In this document: piece by piece, positions 30,944 to 32,144 of the stretch
Layout of the letters: each line of letters opens with the position of its first letter
How positions within the stretch are numbered: position 1 is the stretch's first letter
Assembly: GCF_001194135.2 (NCBI RefSeq)
Contig: NC_069004.1
Coordinates: 15,108,808-15,140,951 of the forward strand
Source: Octopus bimaculoides
Lineage: Eukaryota
DNA: 32,144 bases
Direction of reading: 5' to 3'
Program-made: the position numbers and the translations under genes
The notes under the pieces: model-generated
The model's input: the letters and a program-made list of their open reading frames with translations, nothing else
Told to the model about the DNA's origin: nothing
Database searches by the model: none

Positions 30944-31325
30944 GCTTGGCTGTGTGATAAAAAGTTTGCTTCTAAACCACTTGGTTCCAGGTTCAGTTCC
31001 ACTGCGTGGAATCTTGGGTGTCTTCTTCTATAGCTTCAGGCCAACTAAAACCATGTGAGTGTTTTGAGGAGACGGAAACTGAAAAGAAGCCCCCTCATGT
31101 GTGCGTATGGGTCTCTTTGTGTCTTTGCTTGTCCCCCAGCACTGCTTGACAACTGGTGTTGGTGTGTTTATATCCCCATGACTCAGTGGTTCCACAAATG
31201 AGACCAACAGAACAAAAACCAGGCTTTAAAAAAAAAAGTACTGGGCTCGATTCGACCAACCAAAAATTCCTGAATGTGGTGCCCCAGCATGGCCACAGTC
31301 TAACAACTGAAACAAGTAAAAGATA
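30944..31325 (+). mobile_element. Near full-length tRNA-like SINE
   Basis: A-box-like TGGCTGTGTG, B-box-like GGTTCAGTTCC, body GGAAACTGAAA.GAAGCCC, 3' GGTGCCCCAGCATGGCCACAGTC...GAAACAAGTAAAAGA. Confidence 0.8.
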
Positions 31326-31355
31326 AAAAACAATTATTTGTTAGTTTAGACTCAC

Positions 31356-31729
31356 CTTGGTCAACAGACTTTTGTCGCAGGATATGATAGAATTCTCTGG
31401 CAATATTATCAGCCAACTTTTCACACCACAGTTTTGTTGGACAGAATATAAGGACGCTATGACCACAAGAGACCGTTTCCAGACAGAGAGAAGCAATATG
31501 GTCAGCATCATCTTTCAGCTTGGTGTTAATATTTAGCTCATGTAACTTCACCATTTCAGAGTTAAAAAGCGTTTGACCAATTTTGATACATTCCGTAAGA
31601 GGCACTGGTCGGAAGTTAGTTGTGTATAAAGCGGCATCAAGCCATTTTGCTATGACATGAAGGTTTGGTAAAGTGGCACTCATACCAATAATCTGCACTT
31701 GGACATTTTTATTTGGTGCGTCTTTGACT
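31356..31729 (-). CDS. POLQ: POLQ exon, helicase motifs III-IV (VQIIGMSATLPNL...YTTNFRPVPLTE...HSVLIFCPTKLWCEKLADNIAREF)
   Basis: GMSATLPN, FRPVPL and LIFCPTK motifs; TTTACAG| and |GTGAGT; 374 nt, phase 2 to 1. First exon inside the window; the gene start is further upstream. Confidence 0.97.
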
Positions 31730-31794
31730 CTGTAAACAAATTTTAAAATACATTTATTAAAAAAAAGAAAAAAAAGGGAAAATATTTGTTGGCA

Positions 31795-32118
31795 CTTATG
31801 CCCGTGACATGTGTAAAGACATTCGAGCGAGATCGTTGCCAGTGCCGCTGGACTGGCTCCCGTGCAGGTGGCATGTAAAATACACCATTTTGAGTGTGGC
31901 CGTTGCCAGTACCGCCTGACTGGCCTTCGTGCCGGTGGCACGTAAAAGCACCCACTACACTCTCGGAGTGGTTGGCGTTAGGAAGGGCATCCAGCTGTAG
32001 AAACTCTGCCAAATCAGATTGGAGCCTGATGCAGCCTTCTGGCTTGCCAGCCCTCAGTCAAATCGTCCAACCCATGCTAGCATGGAAAGCAGACATTAAA
32101 CGATGATGATGATGATGA
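31795..32118 (+). mobile_element. RTE-tail repeat copy with (GAT)n tail
   Basis: GTGGCACGTAAAAGCACCCACTACACTCTCGGAGTGGTTGGCGTTAGGAAGGGCATCCAGCTG...CGATGATGATGATG. Confidence 0.88.
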
Positions 32119-32144
32119 TTGTTTGATCTTGATCAAGTAGACTT

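Overview
AT-rich, repeat-dense animal genomic DNA with five N gaps. The SINE/LINE/MITE families resemble those I associate with Octopus, which is an inference from repeat recognition only. The window is almost entirely the intron-rich body of one minus-strand gene, DNA polymerase theta (POLQ). Fifteen consecutive exons (31729 down to 8788) splice at GT-AG sites with matching phases into one uninterrupted 5465-nt ORF covering the C-terminal two-thirds of the SF2 helicase domain, the long central domain and most of the PolA-family polymerase domain. Two further exons (5022-5117 partial, 2418-2542) and one probable exon 3' end (1205-1249) follow. The motif-A exon is not visible and probably lies in a gap; Walker A/DExH and motif C lie outside the window. 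Introns hold RTE-type LINE 3' ends and many copies of their (GAT)n-tailed 3' repeat, two tRNA-like SINE families, piggyBac-like and hAT-like MITEs with intact TSDs, a solo LTR, a decayed APE-endonuclease LINE fragment, and mini/microsatellites. The most unexpected signal is two separate decayed 28S rRNA fragments in adjacent introns, each next to a non-LTR retrotransposon remnant. One forms a spacerless 238-bp palindrome that would fold into a ~119-bp hairpin in the POLQ pre-mRNA. Protein and rRNA family matches are from memory, not database searches.
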